From a virus: a stretch of DNA of 64,000 bases. The stretch covers positions 1-64,000 of the IMG/VR virus record IMGVR_UViG_3300032214_001034; one strand, 5' to 3'. This document shows, one piece after another, positions 8,076 to 17,423 of the stretch (positions are counted from its first letter, which is position 1; every line of letters starts with the position of its first letter). A program made the translations under genes and the position numbers. Under the pieces are notes generated by a model. The model saw only the letters and a program-made list of their open reading frames with translations, had not been told where the DNA came from and made no database searches.

Positions 8076-8778
8076 TGAGTTTGAGTTTATGAAACCAGAA
8101 GTAAAACTCATCAGTGTTACACCAGACGCAGAGAAGCATATGGCTTACTGTGCGCGGGTAAGTAATCCTGCTAATCAACAAAACGAAAAGTTCTCAGGAC
8201 TGCTCAAGTATTGTATTCAGCATCAGCACTGGAGTATTTTTGAACAGGCAAGTATGACTGTTGAGATTAATACTACTCGTGGACTGGCAGCACAAATTCT
8301 TCGCCACCGTTCATTTACATATCAAGAATTTTCGCAACGGTATGCTGATGCTAATCTTCTAGGTGGTACTATTCCTCTGCCAGAACTTCGTCGTCAAGAT
8401 ACAAAGAATCGTCAGAACTCTATTGATGACCTTCCTGATTATTTGAAGTTGGTTTTGTTGGAAGATATTCGTGTTTTGTTTGAGCACTCTCAGAGGGTCT
8501 ACAATCGTCTTCTAGAGAAAGGAGTAGCAAAGGAGTGTGCAAGGTTCGTACTGCCTCTAGCGACCCCTACACGACTCTATATGACCGGTTCTGTCCGGTC
8601 ATGGATCCATTACATTGATCTTCGTTCTGCACATGGTACACAGAAAGAGCACATGGAGATCGCAGAACTAGTTCGTTGTATCTTTACCTGCCAATTCCCT
8701 GCCGTATCTGAAGCACTTGGTTGGACTCGTGAAGGATGTGCTGAGTGTAATGATGCCCCTTCTATTACTATTGAATAA
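8059..8778 (+). CDS. thyX: Flavin-dependent thymidylate synthase
   Basis: HWSIFEQ, QILRHRSFTYQEFSQRY (RHRX7S motif), ECARFVLP and HGTQKEH; start uncertain (8059 or 8089). Confidence 0.95.
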   Translation: MDTQIDEFEFMKPEVKLISVTPDAEKHMAYCARVSNPANQQNEKFSGLLKYCIQHQHWSIFEQASMTVEINTTRGLAAQILRHRSFTYQEFSQRYADANLLGGTIPLPELRRQDTKNRQNSIDDLPDYLKLVLLEDIRVLFEHSQRVYNRLLEKGVAKECARFVLPLATPTRLYMTGSVRSWIHYIDLRSAHGTQKEHMEIAELVRCIFTCQFPAVSEALGWTREGCAECNDAPSITIE

Positions 8779-8803
8779 ATATTCTTACAATTTGTTGAGA
8801 TCT

Positions 8804-9052
8804 ATGGCAGTATATCCCGTTATTAATAAAGAAACTGGTGAACAAAAAGAAGTGAAGATGAGTGTTCACGATTGGGATCAGTGGAAAGTAGATAATCCAG
8901 GTTGGGAAAGAGACTATTCTGACCCATCTACCTTTCCAAACTTTGGTGAAATCGGAGAAGTTTATGATAAACTCAGGGTTAAACATCCTGGGTGGAATGA
9001 AGTCCTCCGCAAAGCATCAAAAGCCCCTGGTTCCAACGTAAGACCTGTTTAA
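8804..9052 (+). CDS. T4-like hypothetical protein
   Basis: MAVYPVINKETGEQKE...PGWNEVLRKASKAPGS, upstream of phoH. Confidence 0.7.
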   Translation: MAVYPVINKETGEQKEVKMSVHDWDQWKVDNPGWERDYSDPSTFPNFGEIGEVYDKLRVKHPGWNEVLRKASKAPGSNVRPV

Positions 9053-9053
9053 A

Positions 9054-9809
9054 ATGCCAGCAAGAAAAAACACTCCCAAGTCTCCTGTACCTTTCGGAAT
9101 GAGCAACAGACAAATGAAAAGAAAGAAGCCAATTAATTCCGACTTAATGCGGACTATTGAACCTCTTACTGATAATCAAGAGGAACTTTTCCGTTGTTAC
9201 AAACTAGATCAAAACCTAGTTGCATACGGTTGTGCTGGTACTGGTAAAACATTTATCACTCTTTATAATGCTTTGAGGGATGTTTTGAATGAAAAAACTC
9301 CTTACGAAAAAATTTATATTGTACGTTCCCTTGTGGCAACTAGGGAGATTGGTTTTCTTCCAGGCGATCATGAGGATAAATCCTCTCTTTATCAGATTCC
9401 ATATAAGAATATGGTAAAGTACATGTTTGAGTTGCCCTCTGAAGCAGATTTTGAAATGCTTTATGGTAATCTTAAAACTCAAGGAACGATCAGCTTCTGG
9501 AGTACTTCCTTTATTCGTGGAACTACTCTAGACAATGCTATTATTATTGTTGATGAATTTCAAAACTTGAACTTCCATGAACTTGATAGTATAATTACTC
9601 GTGTTGGTGAAAACAGTAAGATTATGTTCTGTGGTGATGCTACTCAATCTGATCTTCTGAAAACGAATGAAAAGAATGGAATCATTGACTTCATGAAAGT
9701 TCTTCGTATCATGCCTTCAATTAATATTATTGAATTTGGAGTTGAAGATATTGTTCGCTCTGGATTTGTGAAGGAATACATTCTTGCAAAAATGGAAATC
9801 GGTGTATGA
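9054..9809 (+). CDS. phoH: PhoH-like ATPase
   Basis: GCAGTGKT Walker A, IGFLPG, FIRGTTLD, DEFQN, GDATQSD and DIVRSG. Confidence 0.95.
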   Translation: MPARKNTPKSPVPFGMSNRQMKRKKPINSDLMRTIEPLTDNQEELFRCYKLDQNLVAYGCAGTGKTFITLYNALRDVLNEKTPYEKIYIVRSLVATREIGFLPGDHEDKSSLYQIPYKNMVKYMFELPSEADFEMLYGNLKTQGTISFWSTSFIRGTTLDNAIIIVDEFQNLNFHELDSIITRVGENSKIMFCGDATQSDLLKTNEKNGIIDFMKVLRIMPSINIIEFGVEDIVRSGFVKEYILAKMEIGV

Positions 9810-10486
9810 GTTTTATTCATCATAATTACTTGGGTGATCTTGAATTAGAAAAGAAAGAAACAAATGGCATCCGTCTCTACAATCTTCCAAGTGGAGCATG
9901 GGTGCCTTCTATTACTTCTGTAACTTCTTTTTATAACCGACAGATTTTTATTGATTGGAGAAAGCGAGTTGGTCTTGAAGAAGCAAATCGCATCACGAAA
10001 CAAGCAACAGCAAGAGGTACTGATTTCCACGAAGTGTGTCAAGACTATCTGGAAAATAAAGAATTAAACTGGGATAATTACCAACCCCTGACAAAGTTTA
10101 TGTTTTATCATGTCAAAAATGAACTTGATAAGATAAATAACATACATGCTATTGAACGTACACTCTACTCAGAGTATCTTGGTTTGGCTGGTAGAGTTGA
10201 CTGTATTGCTGAATATGAAGGCGAACTTGCAGTCATAGACTTTAAAACATCCACAAAAATTAAACCCGAAAAGTGGATTGAAAATTATTTTGTTCAAGAA
10301 ATGTTTTACGCTGCAGCGTATTATGAACTGACTGGAATCCCAATCAAAAAACTTATCACTCTTATGGTTACTCCTGGTGGTGAAGTAAAAGTATTTGACA
10401 AACGAAACAAAGGGGATTATATTAAACTATTAGTACGTTACATTAAAGAATTTGTACATCACAATACTGGGTCAGATGGAGAATGA
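9806..10486 (+). CDS. PD-(D/E)XK exonuclease
   Basis: PSITSV, RGTDFH, AGRVDCIA..VIDFKTS and YFVQ..YA. Confidence 0.85.
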   Translation: MSFIHHNYLGDLELEKKETNGIRLYNLPSGAWVPSITSVTSFYNRQIFIDWRKRVGLEEANRITKQATARGTDFHEVCQDYLENKELNWDNYQPLTKFMFYHVKNELDKINNIHAIERTLYSEYLGLAGRVDCIAEYEGELAVIDFKTSTKIKPEKWIENYFVQEMFYAAAYYELTGIPIKKLITLMVTPGGEVKVFDKRNKGDYIKLLVRYIKEFVHHNTGSDGE

Positions 10487-10733
10487 ATTAGAAAAAGCAC
10501 TAGAAAGCAAATTCTTCTGCCCATCAAGATTTGCACAAGAAATTGAGACATTGGTTCATGTGAACGATGACATGAACTATATTGATGCAATCATTTTCTT
10601 TTGTGAAAAGAATAACATTGATGTTGAATCAGTTCCTAAGTTGATTTCAAAACCACTTAAGGAAAAGATCAAATATGAAGCGATGGAACTAAACTTTCTG
10701 AAGAGGAGCTCTAGAGCGAAACTACCACTTTGA
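10476..10733 (+). CDS. gp33: Late-transcription coactivator gp33
   Basis: YIDAIIFFCEKNNIDVESVPKLISKPLKEKIKYEAMELNFL; gp33-gp59-gp32 synteny. Confidence 0.85.
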   Translation: MENELEKALESKFFCPSRFAQEIETLVHVNDDMNYIDAIIFFCEKNNIDVESVPKLISKPLKEKIKYEAMELNFLKRSSRAKLPL

Positions 10734-10736
10734 TGA

Positions 10737-11333
10737 ATGATGCCTTTTGATGCCTACAAATGTTATTTGTCTTTGAAGAATCACTTCACCAAAGACAGTT
10801 ATGACTATCACAAATATTGTGGTAAAAGTCGTGCGACTGTGCAATCGTTTTACAAACGCAAAGATCGGTTCTGGTTTGAAAAGGTTGCACGAAATAAAAG
10901 CGATAAAGAAGTTGTCGATTTCTTTGTATCTAACTTTATCACCTGTACTGATCCAAGTAAACTTTGGATAGGAGAGATGATACGCGAAGGTGAAAGTAGA
11001 TACTCTGAGTGGAAGAAAAGAAATCAATCTCTATCTTATGTTTTCCGAGAAGAAACTCAAAGTCTATTTGAGAATAAAAAAGTAGATGATATTTTTGATT
11101 GTTCGAAGGGTCATCCACCAGTTTTGAAGAATTTCCTGAACGGGAATATTAGTATAGAAACTCTGGTGATTTATGATAAGATTTTCCTGTTCGGGAAAAA
11201 TTTTGATAAGCAATTAAAAGACCCTGTGTGGGAAACCGTCAGTATGAGAATGAAAAAGTATTCTTCGTTTCTAAATATTGATGTGCCACGTTATAAAAAC
11301 ATTTTGAAAGAAGTTGTCTTGGGAGAAAAATGA
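10737..11333 (+). CDS. gp59: Helicase loader gp59
   Basis: YKCYLSLKNHFTKDSYDYHKY...FYKRKDRFWF...ISIETLVI; synteny. Confidence 0.85.
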   Translation: MMPFDAYKCYLSLKNHFTKDSYDYHKYCGKSRATVQSFYKRKDRFWFEKVARNKSDKEVVDFFVSNFITCTDPSKLWIGEMIREGESRYSEWKKRNQSLSYVFREETQSLFENKKVDDIFDCSKGHPPVLKNFLNGNISIETLVIYDKIFLFGKNFDKQLKDPVWETVSMRMKKYSSFLNIDVPRYKNILKEVVLGEK

Positions 11334-11674
11334 GTTTCTTTAAATCTGAAGTTGTTCGTGCCGAGATGGCTGAAATTAGTGAGATGCAAGAAGAAGTTTA
11401 TTCAAACGTCTTCAAGTTTCCCACGATGACAAAAGAAGATAAACTGAAACATGTTAAACTCCTAGAAAGACTTCTTGAGAAACAAAAGGTTCTTTATACT
11501 CGCTTGAGTTTATCAGATGATCCTGAAGCGATTGAAATGAAGGAAAGAATCACACAATCTGCGTCTATGATGGGTCTCCCACCTAACGTTGATATGAATA
11601 TCATTTTAAATAACATGTCCAAAATGCTTGAGGTGATGAAGGAACAGATTGACAAAACTGGTTCCGACCTGTAG
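11330..11674 (+). CDS. Conserved hypothetical protein (DUF1825-like)
   Basis: MSFFKSEVVRAE...LLEKQKVLYTRLSLSDDPEA. Confidence 0.7.
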   Translation: MSFFKSEVVRAEMAEISEMQEEVYSNVFKFPTMTKEDKLKHVKLLERLLEKQKVLYTRLSLSDDPEAIEMKERITQSASMMGLPPNVDMNIILNNMSKMLEVMKEQIDKTGSDL

Positions 11675-11677
11675 AAT
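11649..11677 (+). promoter_or_regulatory. sigma70-type promoter for gp32
   Basis: TTGACA, 17 bp spacer, TAGAAT. Confidence 0.8.
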
Positions 11678-11724
11678 AACAAGGTACACACAAGCCAAAT
11701 CCGTACAAATCCGAGGTAATCCTA

Positions 11725-12651
11725 ATGTCTTTTGCTGACCTTAAAAAACAATCTTCTCTTGGTTCGCTGACTTCCAAACTGGTAAAGGAAGTAGAGAAGA
11801 TGAGTACAACTTCTGGTGGCGCTGATGAGCGTCTCTGGAAACCCGAAATGGATAAAACTGGTAATGGTTTTGCAGTCATCCGTTTCCTCCCTGCGCCTGA
11901 AGGTGAAGAACTTCCCTGGGCAAAGATGTATACCCATGCTTTCCAAAGCAATGGTGGTTGGTATATTGAGAACTCTCTGACTACTCTTGGTCAGAAAGAT
12001 CCCGTCTCTGAATACAACCGCGAACTGTGGAACAGTGGTATTGATGCTGATAAAGAAACTGTTCGTAAGCAGAAGCGTAAACTGTCTTACTACTCCAACA
12101 TCTATGTGGTGAAGGATCCTACCAATCCTCAGAACGAAGGTAAAGTCTTCCTGTTCAAGTATGGTAAGAAGATCTTTGACAAGATCATGGAAGCAATGCA
12201 ACCTGAGTTTGAAGATGAGACTCCTATCAATCCGTTTGATTTCTGGCAAGGTGCAAACTTCAAACTGAAGATCGTCAAGAAAGACGGTTACTGGAACTAT
12301 GATAAGTCAGAGTTTGATCGTGTTGCTCCTCTTCTGGACGACGATGATGCTCTGGAAGCAGTTTGGAAGAAGCAATATTCTCTTGCTGCTGTAACTGCTC
12401 CAGATCAGTTCAAGACTTATGAGCAACTGGAAGCACGTCTAAAGATGGTTCTCGGACAGAAAACTTCCCGTCCTCGTCTGGATGAAGAAGTTGAAGATGA
12501 AGATAATGATCGCGGTTCTTATACTCCCGACTTTACTTCACGTCGTTCTGAACTCGAACTTCCTTCTGTAAGTTCTTCTTCATCCTCTTCTTCTAATGAT
12601 GAAGATGAAGACGATGCTCTGTCTTACTTCCAGCGTCTTGCTGAAGAGTGA
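11725..12651 (+). CDS. gp32: Single-stranded DNA-binding protein gp32
   Basis: DERLWKP, GNGFAVIRFLP, WYIENSLTT, GANFKLK, NYDKSEF and an acidic tail. Confidence 0.95.
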   Translation: MSFADLKKQSSLGSLTSKLVKEVEKMSTTSGGADERLWKPEMDKTGNGFAVIRFLPAPEGEELPWAKMYTHAFQSNGGWYIENSLTTLGQKDPVSEYNRELWNSGIDADKETVRKQKRKLSYYSNIYVVKDPTNPQNEGKVFLFKYGKKIFDKIMEAMQPEFEDETPINPFDFWQGANFKLKIVKKDGYWNYDKSEFDRVAPLLDDDDALEAVWKKQYSLAAVTAPDQFKTYEQLEARLKMVLGQKTSRPRLDEEVEDEDNDRGSYTPDFTSRRSELELPSVSSSSSSSSNDEDEDDALSYFQRLAEE

Positions 12652-13317
12652 TTACTGAAATAGTCTAATATTTTCGGCAGTCTTCAAGGTTTCACTCTTA
12701 TACTGAGTGGAACCTTCTCTGTATGTCATCATATCTTCCATATCATCAAGAACTACATTTAAGTATCTTGGCTTAAGAATAAAGATATTTCTCTTATCAT
12801 TTTCCAAACCTTCTTCATACTCATAGTTTGTAACAGATATTACTGGAGTTCTTGTTACATTAGTATCGGTTAAGAAGTCATAGTATGTTACAGAGTAATC
12901 TGATTCAACCTGAAGACCAGCAGGAACGATTACAACATCTTCGCTATTTTTTACTTCTTCAGTTTCATAGTGATGAATACCGCTGTAAAGAGTATCATAA
13001 TTACCATATTTTTCTAAGAGAAAAGAGTCAAAGTCTGTTTGAGACATTGGCCATTCACTTTGGATATTAATGATGTTGTTTGTAATTAGAACAACCCAAT
13101 CTAAAGTAGAGTCTCCATAGACATTAGCAGCAACATTATCTGGTCTATCATTACCTTCAATTTTATATTTGGTGAAGAAAGATAGGTTCTGGAAAATATC
13201 CTCTCTTAAGACACCCCTTTTAAATAAATTCTTTACACGAACATAATCAGATATTTTGGCATTTGGAAGTCTGCTGACATATTCAAAATCTGGAAGTCTT
13301 TGAAAGTAGTTTGACAT
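12652..13317 (-). CDS. gp53: Baseplate wedge subunit gp53
   Basis: YF..LPDFEY, RPDNVAANVYGDSTLDWVVL, HHYET and YEYEEGLENDKRNI. Confidence 0.85.
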   Translation of the reverse strand: MSNYFQRLPDFEYVSRLPNAKISDYVRVKNLFKRGVLREDIFQNLSFFTKYKIEGNDRPDNVAANVYGDSTLDWVVLITNNIINIQSEWPMSQTDFDSFLLEKYGNYDTLYSGIHHYETEEVKNSEDVVIVPAGLQVESDYSVTYYDFLTDTNVTRTPVISVTNYEYEEGLENDKRNIFILKPRYLNVVLDDMEDMMTYREGSTQYKSETLKTAENIRLFQ

Positions 13318-13318
13318 T

Positions 13319-14737
13319 TTAGTAACCTATTTCTAAATCTGTTCCATTACCACCAGAACCTTGACCATAATCTTCATTAAATACTGGTTCGAGTTCTTGC
13401 AATTGCATGGTCATCTCATATGAAACTAAAACACCATCTCTAAAAGTTGCATATTGACCTTCTGGTGTATAGTTTACAGTAAAACTTTGTAAAGCACATT
13501 CTTTAATCTTACCTATGTATGGATGATCTTTTCCATTTGCTCCTAGGTGTAAATATTGAACTCTAAAAGTGTGTGGGGCTTTTAAGAAAAGGTTTGAAGC
13601 AGATTTTTGAGGTGACATACCTTGTTTAAAAAATCTAATAATAGAAATTATTTGACTTGCTTCATCAGAATTTCTTGCTGACATTTTAAAGGTAAAATTA
13701 AAAGGTCTTAGAGTGGGACCTTGAAATAATAATTCCATATTTGGGTTGAGAACTGCGCCTTGAGTTCTAGAAAGAAGACTTCCAGCATCTGTTCCAACTG
13801 CAGCTGCACCAAATAAACCAGCTAATCCAGTTCCTACCTCTCCAGAATTTTCTGATATTGCTTGCGCTCCTTCGCCAACTTTATCTGCAGCTGCACCAAG
13901 ACCTTTGGTAATTCCTTCTAGCGCCACATTCGCAGCAAAAGCTTTGGCAGCATCTAAATCTCCACCATTCCACGAGACAGCATTTGTGTCGGATATTCCA
14001 GATGGTATGGGTAAAACTACATAACCAATACCTTTTCTATTAGAATCTCTTTCCGAAAATCCTCCTAGATTGGATTCAGTAAGATTGGCAAATTTCTTAG
14101 GTTCGTATTTTAGCATTGTGAATTTAATCACATCTTGCTTTGTTTCTGCAATATCAATGGGATACTTTAATTCGGGAAATTGATTTCTTGTTTTATCACT
14201 ACCTTCTACTGCTGCTGGCAAATCAACTGGTTGTGAAGTATCCCCAGTATCTGTAGCACCATCAGCACCATTTCCTTTTGCCGAATCAACTATCTTTGCT
14301 TTATCTTGGGGTTTAGTTATTCCCGCTTTTTTAAGGGCATCACTAACATTTTTGTCAACATTTTTATGAATTGCTCCATTTGGATTTTGCAATTCTTTTT
14401 GTAATCCTACTCCAGCAACCCCAGCCATTGTTGGATAGTTTGGATCAGAAAAACTATAGGTTTTTCCTCCGTCTTTTGTAATTGCTGCTGGTTGCCAACT
14501 ACCATTTTTTTCAATATAAACTACAGTTTCTCCGCCACTAATATTTCCAGCACCATCTTGCTTTATTGTTGTGGTAGTTCTGTGATATATTCCAGTTCCC
14601 CCAGTAGTTTCTGTCACTGGTTTAGTGGAACCTTGAGTTCCTGGAACTACCCTTTGTACAGTTCTGGTTGTTGCGCCCACAAAAGTTCTTGCCTGATCAC
14701 TACAAATTGCTCCTGCAGGACAAGTAAATGACGCCAT
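13319..14737 (-). CDS. gp48: Baseplate tail-tube cap gp48
   Basis: NPNMELLFQGPTLRPFNFTFKM, IIRFFK and CALQSFTVNYTP. Confidence 0.8.
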   Translation of the reverse strand: MASFTCPAGAICSDQARTFVGATTRTVQRVVPGTQGSTKPVTETTGGTGIYHRTTTTIKQDGAGNISGGETVVYIEKNGSWQPAAITKDGGKTYSFSDPNYPTMAGVAGVGLQKELQNPNGAIHKNVDKNVSDALKKAGITKPQDKAKIVDSAKGNGADGATDTGDTSQPVDLPAAVEGSDKTRNQFPELKYPIDIAETKQDVIKFTMLKYEPKKFANLTESNLGGFSERDSNRKGIGYVVLPIPSGISDTNAVSWNGGDLDAAKAFAANVALEGITKGLGAAADKVGEGAQAISENSGEVGTGLAGLFGAAAVGTDAGSLLSRTQGAVLNPNMELLFQGPTLRPFNFTFKMSARNSDEASQIISIIRFFKQGMSPQKSASNLFLKAPHTFRVQYLHLGANGKDHPYIGKIKECALQSFTVNYTPEGQYATFRDGVLVSYEMTMQLQELEPVFNEDYGQGSGGNGTDLEIGY

Positions 14738-14762
14738 CGGATATACTTCTAAACAAAATCCT

Positions 14763-15152
14763 TTATTTATTTAGACGAAACTTCCCATACTGTAATGATA
14801 ATAATTCGTCAAGCTCACTATATTTTACGACGTGAAGTTTTCCTGCGACTTCTTCCCAAGTATATTGTCTTCCTTGTCTCCAATGGAAATTGATTCCTTT
14901 AAATCCCCACCTTTCTAATGATGTGCAAGCAATCAAAGGATGTTGATCATATTCGATGTTTGGTGTTTTGGGATTGTATATAAAGGTATAAAACTTTCCT
15001 GGTTCTGGATATAAAACTTCTTCTGTAAATATACTCATAATCATCAGCATAATTTCTTCCGGATCTTTTGTTCCAGACTCTTCAACTCTTCTTATAAGTT
15101 GTCTTGTTCTTGCTGTTCCGGTGCCTTTATACTTACCAAAACCTTCAGCCAT
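14763..15152 (-). CDS. gp2-like DNA end protector (short form)
   Basis: PGKFYTFIYNPKT..YDQHPLI...GFKGINFHW; next to gp4. Confidence 0.55.
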   Translation of the reverse strand: MAEGFGKYKGTGTARTRQLIRRVEESGTKDPEEIMLMIMSIFTEEVLYPEPGKFYTFIYNPKTPNIEYDQHPLIACTSLERWGFKGINFHWRQGRQYTWEEVAGKLHVVKYSELDELLSLQYGKFRLNK

Positions 15153-15595
15153 TACTTGATCCCCAGCTCTTCTTCTGTGATGATCTTAAACTCAATTAAT
15201 CTGTCATCGCAAAATTCTTTCGCTGCTTTCCACTTTGCTTTATTAACTTCATAGGTGACGCACTCGTGAATATATGATTTTGTCACTCTAGATTTTTTCA
15301 CAGGTGGTTTAGTTTGCTTCTTTGGTTTAACTTCAACAATATATGTTTTAACTTGTCCTGTGCTCTCCTTCACTTTGATAATAAAGTCTGGAAAATATCT
15401 ATGAACACGATTGTCAACTGGTGAGATATACGGAATTGAAAATTCTTCACTTCCCCATTCAAGAATACTTTCATTCAAGTCACACCAACGACAAAATTTT
15501 CTTTCCCAACTACTGCGACAAATAATATTATTTGGATTACCTTTGTACTTTTTAGGAAAGGATGGATAGTATTTGCTTTTAATACTTTCTGCCAT
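15152..15595 (-). CDS. gp4: Head completion nuclease gp4
   Basis: KYKGNP, RSSWE, WGSEE, HRYFPDF, VEVKP and KWKAA. Confidence 0.9.
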   Translation of the reverse strand: MAESIKSKYYPSFPKKYKGNPNNIICRSSWERKFCRWCDLNESILEWGSEEFSIPYISPVDNRVHRYFPDFIIKVKESTGQVKTYIVEVKPKKQTKPPVKKSRVTKSYIHECVTYEVNKAKWKAAKEFCDDRLIEFKIITEEELGIK

Positions 15596-15618
15596 ACATA
15601 ATATATAAGGTCAAAAAG

Positions 15619-15626
15619 TATTTATA
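15619..15626 (-). promoter_or_regulatory. T4 late promoter TATAAATA for the gp4 operon
   Basis: tatttata on the + strand in the divergent gp4/gp54 gap. Confidence 0.6.
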
Positions 15627-15627
15627 A

Positions 15628-16479
15628 ATGCCTTCAACAAGAAGCATTGCTGATATAAAATCAGCACTATTAAATCCAGCAACTACTTCTCACTTTGAGG
15701 TTAAAATTCCTTTTCCCACAGGAGCTCGCGCAGACTCTCAGTTTTGGAAGGATAATGGTGTTAAACTTGATCAAGATAAAATGCAATTGATGTGTCATGA
15801 AGCAACTTTACCTGGATCTAATCTTGCTACTTTAGAACTAACAAATGATCATACTGGTGTAACGGAAAGACACGCATACCGAAGGGTTTATGATGACAGA
15901 ATTGATTTAAGTTTTTATGTGGATGCAGAAAATTATTTACCTATTAGATTTTTTGAAACTTGGATAAAATATACTGCGTTTGAAAGCAAAGCAACTGATT
16001 CTGCTATAGGTGCAAGCCTTAGAAGTGATAATTATTTTTATCGTTTCAGATATAGGGATGAATATGTTGCAAAACAAGGTTTGGAAGTAACTAAATTTGA
16101 AAGAAGTAGTTACGCAGGAGCAAAGGGAAGACGTGCAACAGCATTAACATATAAGTTTGTTAATGCTTTTCCGATTAGCTTGAGTTCTATGCCAGTTTCA
16201 TATGATAGTTCTAGTCTTTTAAAGTGTACTGTTAGTATGAGTTATATTAGATATTACATTGATGAAACAGTTGATGAAAGTTCATCTAGTTCTTCTACAC
16301 CACAACAACAAGCACAATTCAATTCAAGCAATTTGAGTATTCCTGGTCTTGAAGGTGTAAATGCTTTCACAACTCCAGTAAATGGATTTAATCTTGGTGG
16401 TATTTCTCAATCATCTGCTAATGCTTCTGGAAATACAGTTTCTGGATTTACTGTTGGAGCGAACTCAAATATTGGATAA
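15628..16479 (+). CDS. Tail tube / baseplate-tube initiator family protein (gp19/gp54-like)
   Basis: LMCHEATLPG, FYVD...RFFETW and FVNAFPISLSSMPVSY..LLKCTVSMSY. Confidence 0.7.
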   Translation: MPSTRSIADIKSALLNPATTSHFEVKIPFPTGARADSQFWKDNGVKLDQDKMQLMCHEATLPGSNLATLELTNDHTGVTERHAYRRVYDDRIDLSFYVDAENYLPIRFFETWIKYTAFESKATDSAIGASLRSDNYFYRFRYRDEYVAKQGLEVTKFERSSYAGAKGRRATALTYKFVNAFPISLSSMPVSYDSSSLLKCTVSMSYIRYYIDETVDESSSSSSTPQQQAQFNSSNLSIPGLEGVNAFTTPVNGFNLGGISQSSANASGNTVSGFTVGANSNIG

Positions 16480-16512
16480 TAAATAATCACACTGAACATT
16501 CTATAGGACATT

Positions 16513-17232
16513 ATGCCTTTACCTAAGATTGCTACACCAACTTATGAACTTGAATTGCCATCAACAGGAGAGACAATTCAATATAGACCGTTCCTAGTCA
16601 AGGAAGAAAAATTGCTTGTAATTGCTCTAGAGAGTGAAGATAATAAGCAAATTACAACAGCAATCAAAACTGTAATCAAGAACTGTATTCTTACAAAGAA
16701 TATTAAAGTAGAATCACTTCCTACCTTTGATATTGAATATTTGTTTCTTAATATTCGCGGTAAGTCTGTTGGGGAAGAACTTGATGTAAATATTATCTGT
16801 CCAGATGACGGTGAAACGGAAGTTCCTGTCAAGATTAATCTTGATGATATTAAAGTTCAAAAGAATGATGAGCATTCGAATAAGATTAAACTTGATAATT
16901 CAATTATGATGGAAATGAAATATCCATCTTTGGACCAATTTATTAAGAATAATTTTGATTTTGATAATAAGAATGCAATGGATCAATCGTTTGAACTGAT
17001 TGGTTCGTGTATTGATAAAATCTACACAGAAGATGAAGTCTGGGCAACAGCAGATGTTTCTAAAAAAGAACTAAATGAGTTCTTGGAGTCTATGAACTCT
17101 TCTCAGTTTAAAGATATTGAGAAGTTCTTTGAAACGATGCCTAAACTTTCTCATACTGTTAAAGTTACTAATCCCAAAACAAAAGTTGAAAGTGAAGTTG
17201 TTCTTGAGGGCTTAGCGTCTTTTTTCGCGTAG
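16513..17232 (+). CDS. gp26: Baseplate hub assembly protein gp26
   Basis: MPLPKI.TPTYEL, YRPFLVKEEKLL, DIEYLFLNIRGKSVGE and LEGLASFF. Confidence 0.88.
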   Translation: MPLPKIATPTYELELPSTGETIQYRPFLVKEEKLLVIALESEDNKQITTAIKTVIKNCILTKNIKVESLPTFDIEYLFLNIRGKSVGEELDVNIICPDDGETEVPVKINLDDIKVQKNDEHSNKIKLDNSIMMEMKYPSLDQFIKNNFDFDNKNAMDQSFELIGSCIDKIYTEDEVWATADVSKKELNEFLESMNSSQFKDIEKFFETMPKLSHTVKVTNPKTKVESEVVLEGLASFFA

Positions 17233-17253
17233 CAATGGTCCATATGGACCTTG
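17206..17253 (+). other. Putative programmed -1 ribosomal frameshift cassette
   Basis: SD-like GAGGG (17206-17210), slippery T TTT TTC (17220-17226), 6 nt spacer and hairpin (17233-17253). The -1 frame is open into gp51. Confidence 0.6.
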
Positions 17254-17423
17254 AGAATTATTTCCGTCTCAACTTTTCCTTAATGCAGTACCATAAATAT
17301 TCATTAACGGAGATTGAAAATTGGATGCCTTGGGAAAGAGACATCTATGTTGGATTATTGCAACAGCATCTTGAAGAAGAGCAATTAAAACAACAGCAGC
17401 AGATGAGTAATGCCCACTTCTAA
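17235..17423 (+). CDS. gp51: Baseplate hub assembly chaperone gp51-like (possibly the frameshift extension of gp26)
   Basis: NFSLMQYHKYSLTEIENWMPWERDIY; no obvious SD of its own. Confidence 0.75.
   Translation: MVHMDLENYFRLNFSLMQYHKYSLTEIENWMPWERDIYVGLLQQHLEEEQLKQQQQMSNAHF

Noticed and set aside
9806-10486. Cas4 or CRISPR association of the exonuclease
   Set aside because: It is a standard T4-like PD-(D/E)XK nuclease between phoH and gp33, with no Fe-S cysteine set, cas genes or array.
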